A stretch of DNA of 64,000 nt from a virus, in IMG/VR virus record IMGVR_UViG_3300009068_000001, positions 35,806 through 99,805 of that record; one strand, written 5' to 3'. Both the position numbers and the translations under genes were made by a program. This document shows, in pieces, positions 20,068 to 29,451 of the stretch. The notes below the pieces were generated by a model. That model was not told where the DNA came from. It ran no database searches and was given only the letters and a program-made list of their open reading frames with translations. Position 1 is the stretch's first letter. The number at the start of each line of letters is the position of its first letter.

Positions 20068-21852
20068 TTACGCTGTAGCGTTTCCGGTTAGTTGTCCAAT
20101 TTTAATGACAACGAACTCTGCTGGGTATTCAAGAGCAACGCCTATTTCAATGTTAACTCTACCGGCTTGAATTTCGGTAAAGGGATTGTTAGTATCATTG
20201 CATCGCACATAGAATGCTTGACTTGGGTTTGTTCCACGTAAACCACCAGCTGTCCAATAAGCAAGTAGGAAGCTGTTTAGTGTAGTGTTAATTTGAGACC
20301 AAAGATTTGCATCATTATTCTCAAAAAGAGCAAACGATGTTAGATCATTCATAGACTTCTCAATGTAAATCAAAGAGCGTCGAAGATTGATATAACGATT
20401 ATTAGGTGTATTATCAATAGTACGACCGCCCATGATAACAATGCCTGCACCAGGAACCTGACGAATAGCATTAATAGGGTCTACGCTTGTATTGATAGTG
20501 TCTAGCTCAGCGTTAGTAAATAGGTGCTCAGTAGCTAAGGCAAGAGCCATAACATTTTGAAGACCTGCTGGAGTCTTAGATGGGCCACGGCTTGCATCTG
20601 TAGCAAGGTACTGACCAACAACACCAGCGCCTGGAGCTTGTAGGCGAGTTACGCCAACGCTCTTAGTTGCATCTGGGATGCTATACCATGGGTAGTAAGC
20701 TGCAGCAATGTTTCCTGCGGTACTTCCAGCAAAGATAGCTGTTGTAGCTGTAACTTGATCTTGTGCTGCAGAAACTGATAGTCCAGAAGGAGTATCAATA
20801 ACAGCAAAGCAATCTGTACGACCAGCAGCATAGATTACAGCATCGCCGTGAATCTGTGCAGTTAGTGTACCAGATGCAGCATATGGAGCATCAGGTGCGT
20901 AAATAACCAATGGGTTAATTACAGAATCAAATGTAGTCCAAGCTGTTGAGTAATCTGTACGACCAGGGGTTCCACCGTCAGCACCACCTGCAAGTGATGT
21001 AGGAGAAACAAGTACTCCAGGAGACTTAGTAGCATCAAAACCTGCTGTAAGAACTGTAATAACAGAGCTAGGATTAGAGTTAATAATTGAACGCACAAAG
21101 TTTCTGTCTGTAGAAGACATGCTTAGATCAGAATAAGATTCTACCAAGCTAGTTACAGAAGTTCCACTAGTTGTGGTTGTCTGGTAGACCTCTAGACCAA
21201 AACGGCTAGCAGATCCTGCAGCTACAATCTTAACTGCGTAGTTGCTAGACCAAGATCCTGGGCTAACTGCGTTGACAGTAAATACTGGTGCAGAAGCTAC
21301 AGTAGTTACTACAGTAGCTGTAGCAGATGCGCCGGTTACGGCAGTACCTGTAGCAGCGCTTGTAACAGTAAACTGTGAGCCTGAACGAGTTGCAATAACT
21401 ACGTTAGTTAAGTTAAATGCTGTTGTTGAAAGACCAGTAATAGATACGGTTTGTCCAGCAGCAAAAGTATTTGTAGCTGTGTAAGTAATTGTGCCAGAGG
21501 CTGCAGAAGCTGCAGTTACGGTAGCAGTAGCGGTGGTTGTAGTTCCTGTACCATCGTTAATTACTAGAGCACCTACAGCAGAACCTGTTGCAATAACACG
21601 CTTTACATATAGGTCACGGCCGCCATTAGCAAAAAAGTTATAGGCAGCCCAAGTGGTTGGGTATGAGTCGTTTAATCCACCAAAAGCTTTAACAAAATCT
21701 GTCCAAGTACTTACTAGTACAGGGGCAGTTGTGTTGCCTTTAGGAAGAGCTCCAGCAAATGCGCCAACAGCGTTTGCAGTATTTGCAGGCTGTACAGCTT
21801 GTTGCAGAGCTACTTCTTGGATATAGACTCCGGGACGGGCAAAGTTTGCCAT
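20068..21852 (-). CDS. tail sheath protein
   Basis: RPGVYIQE..FFANGG..YYPW..GGRT..YINLRR..FENN..PAEFVVIKI. Confidence 0.95.
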   Translation of the reverse strand: MANFARPGVYIQEVALQQAVQPANTANAVGAFAGALPKGNTTAPVLVSTWTDFVKAFGGLNDSYPTTWAAYNFFANGGRDLYVKRVIATGSAVGALVINDGTGTTTTATATVTAASAASGTITYTATNTFAAGQTVSITGLSTTAFNLTNVVIATRSGSQFTVTSAATGTAVTGASATATVVTTVASAPVFTVNAVSPGSWSSNYAVKIVAAGSASRFGLEVYQTTTTSGTSVTSLVESYSDLSMSSTDRNFVRSIINSNPSSVITVLTAGFDATKSPGVLVSPTSLAGGADGGTPGRTDYSTAWTTFDSVINPLVIYAPDAPYAASGTLTAQIHGDAVIYAAGRTDCFAVIDTPSGLSVSAAQDQVTATTAIFAGSTAGNIAAAYYPWYSIPDATKSVGVTRLQAPGAGVVGQYLATDASRGPSKTPAGLQNVMALALATEHLFTNAELDTINTSVDPINAIRQVPGAGIVIMGGRTIDNTPNNRYINLRRSLIYIEKSMNDLTSFALFENNDANLWSQINTTLNSFLLAYWTAGGLRGTNPSQAFYVRCNDTNNPFTEIQAGRVNIEIGVALEYPAEFVVIKIGQLTGNATA

Positions 21853-21901
21853 TCGGGGTTACTCCTTCGGTTAGGTTGTTGTCTTAGGTAGGCCGGATTA
21901 T

Positions 21902-22513
21902 TTACGGTGTTGTGGTAAAAGGTACATTTTGAGAGAGGATTGATGGATTTACATCCGTTACCTGATACACAGCGGTGAATTGATCAACGAATAGTTCAGA
22001 GCTTATACGGATGTTATAGACATTGCTAAAGAGGCGTTTGCCACCTTCAGTAGTATCTCTTTTTGAGAACCCCAACATATCCAAACGACGGTTAGTACCG
22101 TCTTGAGGAATGGGTAGTTGCCCAAATCTAAATGGTAGTCTACCAGGTGCAAACAACTTTGCCATAATCTGACGATCATGGCGAGGCTGACGGGACCAGG
22201 TTGAGACTTGGTAGATTAAATCTACAGGGATAGGAAAGTTAACTTGCTGATTAATAGAGCCGTCTTCATTAAGATTAGGTGTGGTGCCTTCTGGTGTATA
22301 GGTTAAATCAACCCAACCTCTATGAGCACGCTCTGTATCTTCACGAACGCCTACTAAGTCTAGGGTAATATAGGGGTAGCTCTGTTGACGGATATCTTTA
22401 TCTGGTTGTCCATAATAGACAGCAACAGGGCGGGCAGAATTACCACCATCTGAAACGGTGATACCTTGAAGTAGCGTCTTTAGCGCTTCGTCTTCATTAA
22501 TAATAAATGGCAT
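21902..22513 (-). CDS. tail completion / sheath terminator
   Basis: Directly upstream of sheath; YPYITLDL..PVDLIYQV. Confidence 0.65.
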   Translation of the reverse strand: MPFIINEDEALKTLLQGITVSDGGNSARPVAVYYGQPDKDIRQQSYPYITLDLVGVREDTERAHRGWVDLTYTPEGTTPNLNEDGSINQQVNFPIPVDLIYQVSTWSRQPRHDRQIMAKLFAPGRLPFRFGQLPIPQDGTNRRLDMLGFSKRDTTEGGKRLFSNVYNIRISSELFVDQFTAVYQVTDVNPSILSQNVPFTTTP

Positions 22514-22782
22514 TATCTAGCCCCCAATACAAATGTTCGTAGAGCTGGGGCAGGAGGAGCATCTTGAGTGCCGTACTCTAATGTGAGTACAGATTCTTCA
22601 AGGCTCTTTGGGTATGAGATGGAGTGAGACTTACCATCATGAGAAACCATAAGGTTATTTGCAACTTCTTCTGGCCAGCCATATGAAGAGGCATGGCTAC
22701 GAAGGTTCTTTGTATATTCTTTTACTGCTTGCTTCTCTGCAGCAATGATTATGGAGTTTAAGGTTTTTTTGAAACTAGCCAC
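22513..22782 (-). CDS. neck protein, HK97 gp10-like
   Basis: LEYGT..PPAPALR motif. Confidence 0.55.
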   Translation of the reverse strand: MASFKKTLNSIIIAAEKQAVKEYTKNLRSHASSYGWPEEVANNLMVSHDGKSHSISYPKSLEESVLTLEYGTQDAPPAPALRTFVLGAR

Positions 22783-22936
22783 GGTTACGGAGCCAATTCG
22801 TTAGCAAATACCCTGCAGCAAAACCAAGAACGATTTTCTTACCACCGTTTTGATTAAGGCTGGCTAAGCCACGAACAAACTCCTGTTTATCGGCATCAGT
22901 CTCTTCACGAGCAAGCCGATTAGCTAAATTAATCAT
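22775..22936 (-). CDS. small hypothetical protein (53 aa; not in ORF track)
   Basis: GGAGG RBS; MINLANRLAREETDADKQEFVRGL..NRG. Confidence 0.6.
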   Translation of the reverse strand: MINLANRLAREETDADKQEFVRGLASLNQNGGKKIVLGFAAGYLLTNWLRNRG

Positions 22937-23011
22937 AATTCCTCCATAGGAAGATGCAGGGTGTTACAAGCAGGGTTCCGGATTACTCCGGCGTCATTAG
23001 TAATCATAAAC

Positions 23012-23034
23012 GAAAAAACCCCCTTGCGGGGGCT
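23012..23034 (-). terminator. intrinsic terminator
   Basis: GCCCCC-GCAA-GGGGGT followed by a T run on the minus strand. Confidence 0.8.
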
Positions 23035-23039
23035 AATCG

Positions 23040-23204
23040 TTACTTCTTTTTCTTTGCCTTACATGCCTTGCACTTGCCACAAGTACAGGCTTTGCCTTTA
23101 ACCTTCTTGGCTAGCTTGGCATCGTTCTTTTCGTCCTGCTTTTCAAACTTTTTCTTTTGAGCCGGGGTCATGCCCTTTTCAAACTTCTTGTCATCATGAG
23201 CCAT
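23040..23204 (-). CDS. small Lys-rich protein with C-terminal Cys cluster (54 aa)
   Basis: MAHDDKKFEKG..ACTCGKCKACKAKKKK; TAATG coupling. Confidence 0.7.
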   Translation of the reverse strand: MAHDDKKFEKGMTPAQKKKFEKQDEKNDAKLAKKVKGKACTCGKCKACKAKKKK

Positions 23205-23347
23205 TACATGCCCTTCTTTCTTACTGCGCTAGTCTTCTTAGCCTTACCCTTTGAGTCAGACTTTTTAGCAAACTTCTTATTAGCAGCCGCTAGGGTCTTC
23301 ATGCCGTGCTTGTCTTTAGGCTTCATGCAGCCACAGGTAGCACACAT
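23204..23347 (-). CDS. small Lys-rich protein, MCATCGC start (47 aa)
   Basis: Hand translation; TAATG coupling on both sides. Confidence 0.7.
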   Translation of the reverse strand: MCATCGCMKPKDKHGMKTLAAANKKFAKKSDSKGKAKKTSAVRKKGM

Positions 23348-23523
23348 TACTTTTTCTTCTTTGCACGAAGGGCAGCGAAGTCAGAGCTTTCTAGCTTGCC
23401 ATCTTTGTCCATATCAAGCTTCTTCTGCTTTGGAGACATTTTTTTTGTAGTCTTCTTAGCGCCCTTCTTGCAGGCACCCTTACATCCCGGCTTTGAACAG
23501 CCGCATCCACATGACTTACACAT
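23347..23523 (-). CDS. small Cys/Lys-rich protein with EF-hand-like loop (58 aa)
   Basis: MCKSCGCGCSKPGCKGAC..LDMDKDGKLESSDF. Confidence 0.7.
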   Translation of the reverse strand: MCKSCGCGCSKPGCKGACKKGAKKTTKKMSPKQKKLDMDKDGKLESSDFAALRAKKKK

Positions 23524-23729
23524 TATTTCTTACCTTTCGTATGGGGGTTCTTCTTATGCCATTCTTTAGTTGCCTTGACGCCTTCTTTAATCGTCTTAGC
23601 TCCGGCCTTTTTTGTTAGGTTAATCTTATCCCACTTAGGGTCATTTTTTCCCGCATGGTCAACGATAACATCACCTTGTTTGTTCTTCTTAACTACGTGG
23701 ACTTTGCCACTAACCTTTAACTTTGCCAT
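23523..23729 (-). CDS. small basic protein (start likely MAKLKV)
   Basis: AGGGG RBS; Lys-rich; coupled to the next ORF. Confidence 0.65.
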   Translation of the reverse strand: MAKLKVSGKVHVVKKNKQGDVIVDHAGKNDPKWDKINLTKKAGAKTIKEGVKATKEWHKKNPHTKGKK

Positions 23730-23736
23730 TTTACCC

Positions 23737-24318
23737 CTATAGTGAAGTCTGATCAAAGGCAGAATACCCAGCATAGTGCTGGAACTGCGAATCATTGACA
23801 AGCTCTTCGGCGTTGACTTGCTCACAGGATACCTGTAACAAGGTGTATTTGTCTTTGATTATACCTCTAGGAGATACCTGTGTAGGTGAAAAGACTTCAT
23901 TTCTAAAGACAATTCGATCACGTAGGTAAGCATCTGGGTTGATCTCTACAGTTGAAAGCTCACGACGATTAGCCGCATTTCCACCATAGAAATTTAAATG
24001 GTTCTCAATAACGTCAACGTTAATGGTTACAGTTAAGATATCGGTGTTATAAAAACCGCGGTCGTTCTGTACTGTAGCACCCTGCTCTAGGTGAGCATTA
24101 ACTACGGGAATAGTAAATGGGCTGAGCCACTTACGACCTCCACCAATAACTGAAGATCCTACATCATAGATAGGATCTACTGCAGTATTAACTGGATCAA
24201 AGATCCACCAGTCTACAAATGTACCTACGGTTTGAACAAGCTCAACGTTAGTTCCCGATGCGCTGGAACCACGTTCGTAGGAGATATTAAATCTGCCCTC
24301 ACGTTGATCCCCACGCAT
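23737..24318 (-). CDS. head closure / neck protein
   Basis: DPIYDVG..RGFYNTD..YLRDRIVFRNEVF; position in the neck region. Confidence 0.55.
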   Translation of the reverse strand: MRGDQREGRFNISYERGSSASGTNVELVQTVGTFVDWWIFDPVNTAVDPIYDVGSSVIGGGRKWLSPFTIPVVNAHLEQGATVQNDRGFYNTDILTVTINVDVIENHLNFYGGNAANRRELSTVEINPDAYLRDRIVFRNEVFSPTQVSPRGIIKDKYTLLQVSCEQVNAEELVNDSQFQHYAGYSAFDQTSL

Positions 24319-24320
24319 AA

Positions 24321-24548
24321 TTAAGCTCCTACAATTGGAGGAGTAAAAGACTTAGTTGTTTTGTTGTATGTCCAACCCGGGTAGATATCACTATTAGTGT
24401 CATTCTTGATATCTGTAATATCTACAATAGTAGGTTCACTTAAAAGAATTGCGGCTAGACGATCATGAGTATGTAAAATATCCACTACCTGCCCATCAAT
24501 AATAAAAGCAATTTTATTAAATGGAATTTCGGATGCGTTTCCGGTCAT
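24321..24548 (-). CDS. small protein, fibre-assembly-chaperone-like
   Basis: IAFIIDGQVV..PGWTYN..FTPP. Confidence 0.55.
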   Translation of the reverse strand: MTGNASEIPFNKIAFIIDGQVVDILHTHDRLAAILLSEPTIVDITDIKNDTNSDIYPGWTYNKTTKSFTPPIVGA

Positions 24549-24790
24549 TCTGTCTCCTTAAATGATACTTGCATTACGCCCCACTTACCAAGTGGACACG
24601 AGGCATTAGGAAGCTTTGTCTTTAGATTCATCATACATCCGCACTCTTTGCACTGGTTAGTTAATTTAATTAACTGAGGGCATTCAAGGCAAATATTAAA
24701 TCTTTGTTCTGCTATCTCTGTTTCTACTCGACCTAGGTTCTTATTGAATAAGTCCCACGGGCGTGCAGGTCTTTCAAATGGATCAGCCAT
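24545..24790 (-). CDS. small Cys-cluster protein
   Basis: R..IC.ECP..QCKECGC.M..K..ASCPLGKW. Confidence 0.75.
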   Translation of the reverse strand: MADPFERPARPWDLFNKNLGRVETEIAEQRFNICLECPQLIKLTNQCKECGCMMNLKTKLPNASCPLGKWGVMQVSFKETE

Positions 24791-24799
24791 ATTGTAGTC

Positions 24800-26167
24800 C
24801 TAACCAGATATTTTAAAATTGTCTACTGTAGATCCCTGGCCAAATGGGCTAGAGGTCTTAATAATACCATAATTGTTTGCTTTTGCAGGCGAGGTTGCAG
24901 TATGTGTACCAGAGGTTAATAGTCCCGTAAAGTCAGAATTTGAGTAGGCCTGATAACTTAGTACATTTCCTTGAGTATTTAAACGAAGAGCCCCAACTGA
25001 GCCACTTACGCTTATATCTCCAGTAAGGTTTGTGATAGTTCCACCCACTGAACGAATTAGTTTTATATAATAGTTATTGGTAATTGACCCGCAAGTTTGG
25101 CAACCACCGCCGTATTGATCACAATTAGGGTAAGTTCCACCACCGTAGCAAGTAGACCCGGTATAGTAATATGCAACTCCGCAGTCAGGATTTGCACAAC
25201 TATAGCAAGTAGTTGTTCCGGCTGTTGTAACTGTACAAACACCTGTTGATTGGTTAGCTGTACCGCCGCTTGGGCAACTATAGTAACCAGTACCAAACGA
25301 TGTAACGTAGCAACGACCGCCACTTTCAGTACCACTACTACAAGTACAAGTAGTAACTCCACCTGTAGGTATATAGCAGCTGTAGTTACCTGGGTGACCA
25401 CTTTCTCCCTCAGGACATTCGTAACAGTATGATCCAGTGCCACCTGAGTAACAATCAGATGTGCTATAACAATTATAGTTGGTTGGGTCATTAACTTGAG
25501 TTTGACTACATCTACGACCATAAATAACAGCAGAGCCTATATATTTCCAACCACTTACACTTGTTGTACAGTTAGCAGCACCAACATCAGTTACAGTTGT
25601 TCCACCTGGAACATAAGTTCCTTGATAGGTACTAGTACCTCCGCCAGAAGTAGTAGAGCCGCAATAATAACAACTAGTGCAGGTATTATAAACTGGTACT
25701 GGATAAGTATCGCAGTGGCCATTACAGTAACAGTTACATGAATAGGTAGTATTTACTTGGGTTTGAAAAGAAACTAAAGCATACCAGTTATTAGCATCGA
25801 CTACCCAAGCAGCAACACCGGTACCATTACTAACACCGGCTCCTACAGTAACATCGCTAACACCGTAAGCTACGGTAGCAATAGCGTTTGAACTTGCGGC
25901 AGTATCTGATTGAGCAGCAGATCCATTGGCGTACCAAGTACCTGTAACGTTAGTCCAGGTCTCTCCGCTATCTGCTGTACCTAAAACACCTGAAACTGAG
26001 CGGTTAAAAGAGTCTGTAATTGGACCAAGAAACCAACGTACCCAAGTAGTAGCGTCTGTTTTTAACCAAGCGCTCTTAGCAAGGCCCCAAGAATTGGAGC
26101 TTGTTTTTACTTGAACGTCAGTTACGCTACCCCAGTTGCTGGCATCTAATTTTATTTTGGCAGGCAT
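24800..26167 (-). CDS. putative fibre-tip/adhesin: beta-sandwich with a 26-Cys insert
   Basis: Trp-repeat N-terminus; DSFNRS..W..GTW lectin-like start and VDNFK end; central Cys/Tyr/Gly/Thr-rich region. Confidence 0.6.
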   Translation of the reverse strand: MPAKIKLDASNWGSVTDVQVKTSSNSWGLAKSAWLKTDATTWVRWFLGPITDSFNRSVSGVLGTADSGETWTNVTGTWYANGSAAQSDTAASSNAIATVAYGVSDVTVGAGVSNGTGVAAWVVDANNWYALVSFQTQVNTTYSCNCYCNGHCDTYPVPVYNTCTSCYYCGSTTSGGGTSTYQGTYVPGGTTVTDVGAANCTTSVSGWKYIGSAVIYGRRCSQTQVNDPTNYNCYSTSDCYSGGTGSYCYECPEGESGHPGNYSCYIPTGGVTTCTCSSGTESGGRCYVTSFGTGYYSCPSGGTANQSTGVCTVTTAGTTTCYSCANPDCGVAYYYTGSTCYGGGTYPNCDQYGGGCQTCGSITNNYYIKLIRSVGGTITNLTGDISVSGSVGALRLNTQGNVLSYQAYSNSDFTGLLTSGTHTATSPAKANNYGIIKTSSPFGQGSTVDNFKISG

Positions 26168-27099
26168 TATGCGTAGACAATCCAGATATCCCCGACGTTG
26201 CCGTCGCTGCTTATTGGTGCTACAGTTCTTGTATAAACGTTTCGGACAACTCCTGAGCCAAGGGCTGCAGTAGTAACTGTTCCATTACTTTGACCAACAT
26301 AAGATGTTACTGGTGCTACCCAAGTAGCAGTTGTGCCGTTGCTTGTTAAAACGGTTCCATTGGCGCCTATGCCGAGTCTAGATACAGCTCCAGCTCCTGA
26401 CCCAAGGATAAGGTCTCCGGCCGTTGTAACGGTCGCTAGAGGGATTTTAGAGGTATCTGTAGGCACACCCCAGACAACTGAACCAGCACTTACAATAAGT
26501 GATTGACCGTTAGATCCAATACCTAGGCGAGTAACTGTTGCGTTACCAGATCCCAGAATAAGATCTCCCGCAGTTGTAATTGTAGCTAGGGGAATCTTAG
26601 ATGCCGCAGCTGTGGTATTTGAACTAATTGATGTAGTAAGAGTTGTGTAATCAGAACTACCTACATAGAGAACGTTAGATGTAGCAACCTTAGGCAAACC
26701 AGCTGCGTCTAAGTTAAAACCAAGTACGCTTGCGTATGAGTAAGCTTCGATAAGATTAAGACTTGTAGCTCCAGCACGAAGGGTTAAGCCCTTGTTGTTA
26801 GTGGTAGTGATTGTGCTTCCACCAGAAATTAGTGGGTAAGGAGCTCCAGATACACCAGAGATAAGACCAGCCTCAATATTAGCAATACGATCATAAACAG
26901 TTCCCCAAGTAGTTGCTTGAGAGAATGAGCCAGACCATGTAGAGGTAAGAGGGTTTTGCGATGTAGCAGCGCTACCTAGTACCGCCTCAATCTGCTTAAC
27001 TTCCTCTTGGAGGGAGTTAACGTTGTCCGCAATAACAGTGTTGACAAGGTCTTGCTGAGCGGTATAGTTTCTTACGCTATTGGGAAATACTGCTGCCAT
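26167..27099 (-). CDS. fibre protein with two KIPLAT.TTAGDLILGSG..RLGIG.NG repeats
   Basis: Internal repeat; C-terminal AP..GDIWIV motif. Confidence 0.7.
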   Translation of the reverse strand: MAAVFPNSVRNYTAQQDLVNTVIADNVNSLQEEVKQIEAVLGSAATSQNPLTSTWSGSFSQATTWGTVYDRIANIEAGLISGVSGAPYPLISGGSTITTTNNKGLTLRAGATSLNLIEAYSYASVLGFNLDAAGLPKVATSNVLYVGSSDYTTLTTSISSNTTAAASKIPLATITTAGDLILGSGNATVTRLGIGSNGQSLIVSAGSVVWGVPTDTSKIPLATVTTAGDLILGSGAGAVSRLGIGANGTVLTSNGTTATWVAPVTSYVGQSNGTVTTAALGSGVVRNVYTRTVAPISSDGNVGDIWIVYA

Positions 27100-27166
27100 G
27101 TTTAAATCCTAACGTCTATTATGTATTGTAGTTTACCAGCTAAGACAGCTCTTGTCTCTGGGTTTA

Positions 27167-28162
27167 CTAAAGTGCGTATCGAATAACTACTAGTCCTGGT
27201 CCACCAGCTGTGTGATAATTTGGCTTACACACACCTGGAATATAATATTGATTGGTACTTTGAGGTGCGTTTGGAGCCTCAGCATAGTAAGAAACATCAT
27301 TACCTGTAGTAGTTGTACCTGAAGTTACTCCGCCGACATATCCTGCACCACCGCCCCCAGCTGAAGAGTAGTAATCACTTCCACCACCGCCACCATAGAA
27401 ACCAGCTCCACCGCCACCGCCACCATAAGTGCCGTTATTAGACATAGAGCTCCCGTCTCCTCCGCCACCAAAACCACCTAGTTGACGGGTGTTTCCAGAA
27501 GGAGATCCATACCCACCGTATAGTGCGCCTCCAGCTTGGCCATCACCATAGCCACCACCAGTGTCAGGACCAAAAGCACCACCAGCAGATTGAGTTCCTC
27601 CATAGCCACCTACACGTCCAGTACCAATAGGTCCTCCACGATTATCGCTATAACCACGGTTACCTGTAGTACCGCCACCTGCACCACCGTTAGCAGCAGA
27701 GCCGCTACCTCCAGAACCACCACCACCGCCAGCTGCAATAATTAAAGCACGTGCTTGACCTGTGGCATCAAATGTAACTGTAGAGCTTCCTGAGAATACG
27801 CCGCTTAATCCTCCGCCACCCCCAGCATACCCTGCTATGTTAGAGCCTTTAGATCCGCCGCCTCCTACAATAACTGCGTAGTCTTGAGCAGAAGCAATAG
27901 TTAAAGTACCTGTTGAATACCCGCCAGAACCACCGGAAGATTGATCACCACCACCGCCAGCTGCACCCCAGCAAAAAATTTCTACTGTTATTGGCTTTCC
28001 TACAGAAAACGTAGCTTGACCAACAGTAGAGAAAGTATGTATGCGATATCCATTTGCTACAGTAATTGTTCCACCAGTAACGGGTGCGCTAAGATGATCC
28101 CAAGACAAAGATCGTTTTGTTCCTGATGCAGAACTTGATGTTGATAGATTACGAATTCCCAT
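27167..28162 (-). CDS. glycine-rich fibre tip / receptor-binding protein
   Basis: GYRIHTF..WGAAGGGG..poly-Gly..GLVVIRY. Confidence 0.75.
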   Translation of the reverse strand: MGIRNLSTSSSASGTKRSLSWDHLSAPVTGGTITVANGYRIHTFSTVGQATFSVGKPITVEIFCWGAAGGGGDQSSGGSGGYSTGTLTIASAQDYAVIVGGGGSKGSNIAGYAGGGGGLSGVFSGSSTVTFDATGQARALIIAAGGGGGSGGSGSAANGGAGGGTTGNRGYSDNRGGPIGTGRVGGYGGTQSAGGAFGPDTGGGYGDGQAGGALYGGYGSPSGNTRQLGGFGGGGDGSSMSNNGTYGGGGGGAGFYGGGGGSDYYSSAGGGGAGYVGGVTSGTTTTGNDVSYYAEAPNAPQSTNQYYIPGVCKPNYHTAGGPGLVVIRYAL

Positions 28163-29094
28163 TAGAATGTCACCGAACCTGTTCCAGCAGTAAATTTATA
28201 GACCTTGTATCCGGCTCTTGTTGTTGTGTCTAAGGTGTATGTTAGACCGCCACCAATAGATGTAATATTTGGGTACGTATTTGGGTACGCAACAATCACG
28301 ACACCAGAACCACCCGCTGCTCCATACCAAGCGTTAGTTGCTTGAGGGTTTGAGTTATCCCAAGTTCCTCCACCACCACCGCCTCCAGTGTTTGCATCTC
28401 CTGCAGTTGGTGCAGCAGCAGTTCCTGAGTAAGGCTGACCGCCTCCCCAACCTCCGCCACCTAAAGACCGCTTCATTGGTACATAACCCGCATAGGCACC
28501 CCAACCTCCGTTAGAGCCAAGACCTTCGGTTCCTCCGTTACCGCCACCACCATAGTAAACATACACACCTGTTATTGAGTACGCTAGGCCGTCTCCGCCA
28601 ACAGGACCAGGACTATTTGATTCTAATGTTCCTGACTGATAACCTTTTAGCCCGGCTGCTGCAGCACCGCCACCACCGCCACCATCAAGGTGATTATTAT
28701 CTACTCGGTATTGAACCCCGCCAGCGTAACCATTTCCAGAAGCAGCCCCATTAGAAAAACTACCACTGGAACCATTACCGCCTACAGCAGTTACTGTAGC
28801 AAAAACAGAAGAGGCGCCCTGTTGTCCATTACCACTATTGCCTGGAACTCCAGCAGCCCCACCTGCACCAACCGTTACAGTAAATGCTCCTGAAGGTTTT
28901 GCAAAGGCGGCGTTATAAGTTACTTGGCCTGCGCCACCGCCACCACCACAATTATACCCTCCGCCTCCGCCTCCACCAACTACTAACAACTCAAAAGTTG
29001 CAGGGGCAGAGACTTGGGCTGATTGATCAAAGATAGTTTGCGATTTTGTAAGACCTCGAACTACAGATGAGGTAGACGCACGAGAAATAGCCAT
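28162..29094 (-). CDS. glycine-rich fibre tip / receptor-binding protein
   Basis: ELLVVGGGGGGG..ANTGGGGGG..GSGVVIVAYP..YKVYKFTAGTG. Confidence 0.75.
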   Translation of the reverse strand: MAISRASTSSVVRGLTKSQTIFDQSAQVSAPATFELLVVGGGGGGGYNCGGGGGAGQVTYNAAFAKPSGAFTVTVGAGGAAGVPGNSGNGQQGASSVFATVTAVGGNGSSGSFSNGAASGNGYAGGVQYRVDNNHLDGGGGGGAAAAGLKGYQSGTLESNSPGPVGGDGLAYSITGVYVYYGGGGNGGTEGLGSNGGWGAYAGYVPMKRSLGGGGWGGGQPYSGTAAAPTAGDANTGGGGGGGTWDNSNPQATNAWYGAAGGSGVVIVAYPNTYPNITSIGGGLTYTLDTTTRAGYKVYKFTAGTGSVTF

Positions 29095-29112
29095 GCTGGT
29101 TATTCCCCTCTG

Positions 29113-29448
29113 TTAGGATATTTCGGAACCGAAAGCCTGGAATGTAAGTGATGTAGCTGCTGATGCGTAGACCTGAATTGAGTTCAAGGTAGCAAGAGTA
29201 ATGCCTAGTGTAAGGGCTACAGTGTCATTCGCAGCAATCGTTGTGTCGTATGCAATGTAGTGCTCAGAAGCTAGAGTAGTTCCTGTTGCTGGCTTAATAG
29301 CAATGCGGAATGTCTTAGCTGAGCTTGTGATGTTGCAAACTGTGATAGTAGATACTACTGCGCTAGTAGACGATGGAACTGCGTACAGTTCTTCCATCGT
29401 AGTAGCGGCAGAGTGTTTTCTACCAAGTACCTTATAAGCTGTTGCCAT
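29113..29448 (-). CDS. fibre adaptor (A3)
   Basis: YKVLG..LYAVP..VVSTITVCN..IAYD..FGSEIS; similar to 34248 and 37383. Confidence 0.65.
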   Translation of the reverse strand: MATAYKVLGRKHSAATTMEELYAVPSSTSAVVSTITVCNITSSAKTFRIAIKPATGTTLASEHYIAYDTTIAANDTVALTLGITLATLNSIQVYASAATSLTFQAFGSEIS

Positions 29449-29451
29449 TGT

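Noticed and set aside
9792-22513. Bacterial eCIS/tailocin locus
   Set aside because: Capsid, portal, terminase and replication genes are present, so this is a phage tail
22950-22995. Twister ribozyme suggested by GTTACAAGC
   Set aside because: The flanking twister elements (UAA cleavage loop, GAG plus pseudoknot partners) could not be placed
24800-26167. Diversity-generating retroelement target (Tyr/Asn/Ser/Cys-rich region)
   Set aside because: No reverse transcriptase and no template-repeat copy seen in the window; cannot be excluded for the rest of the genome
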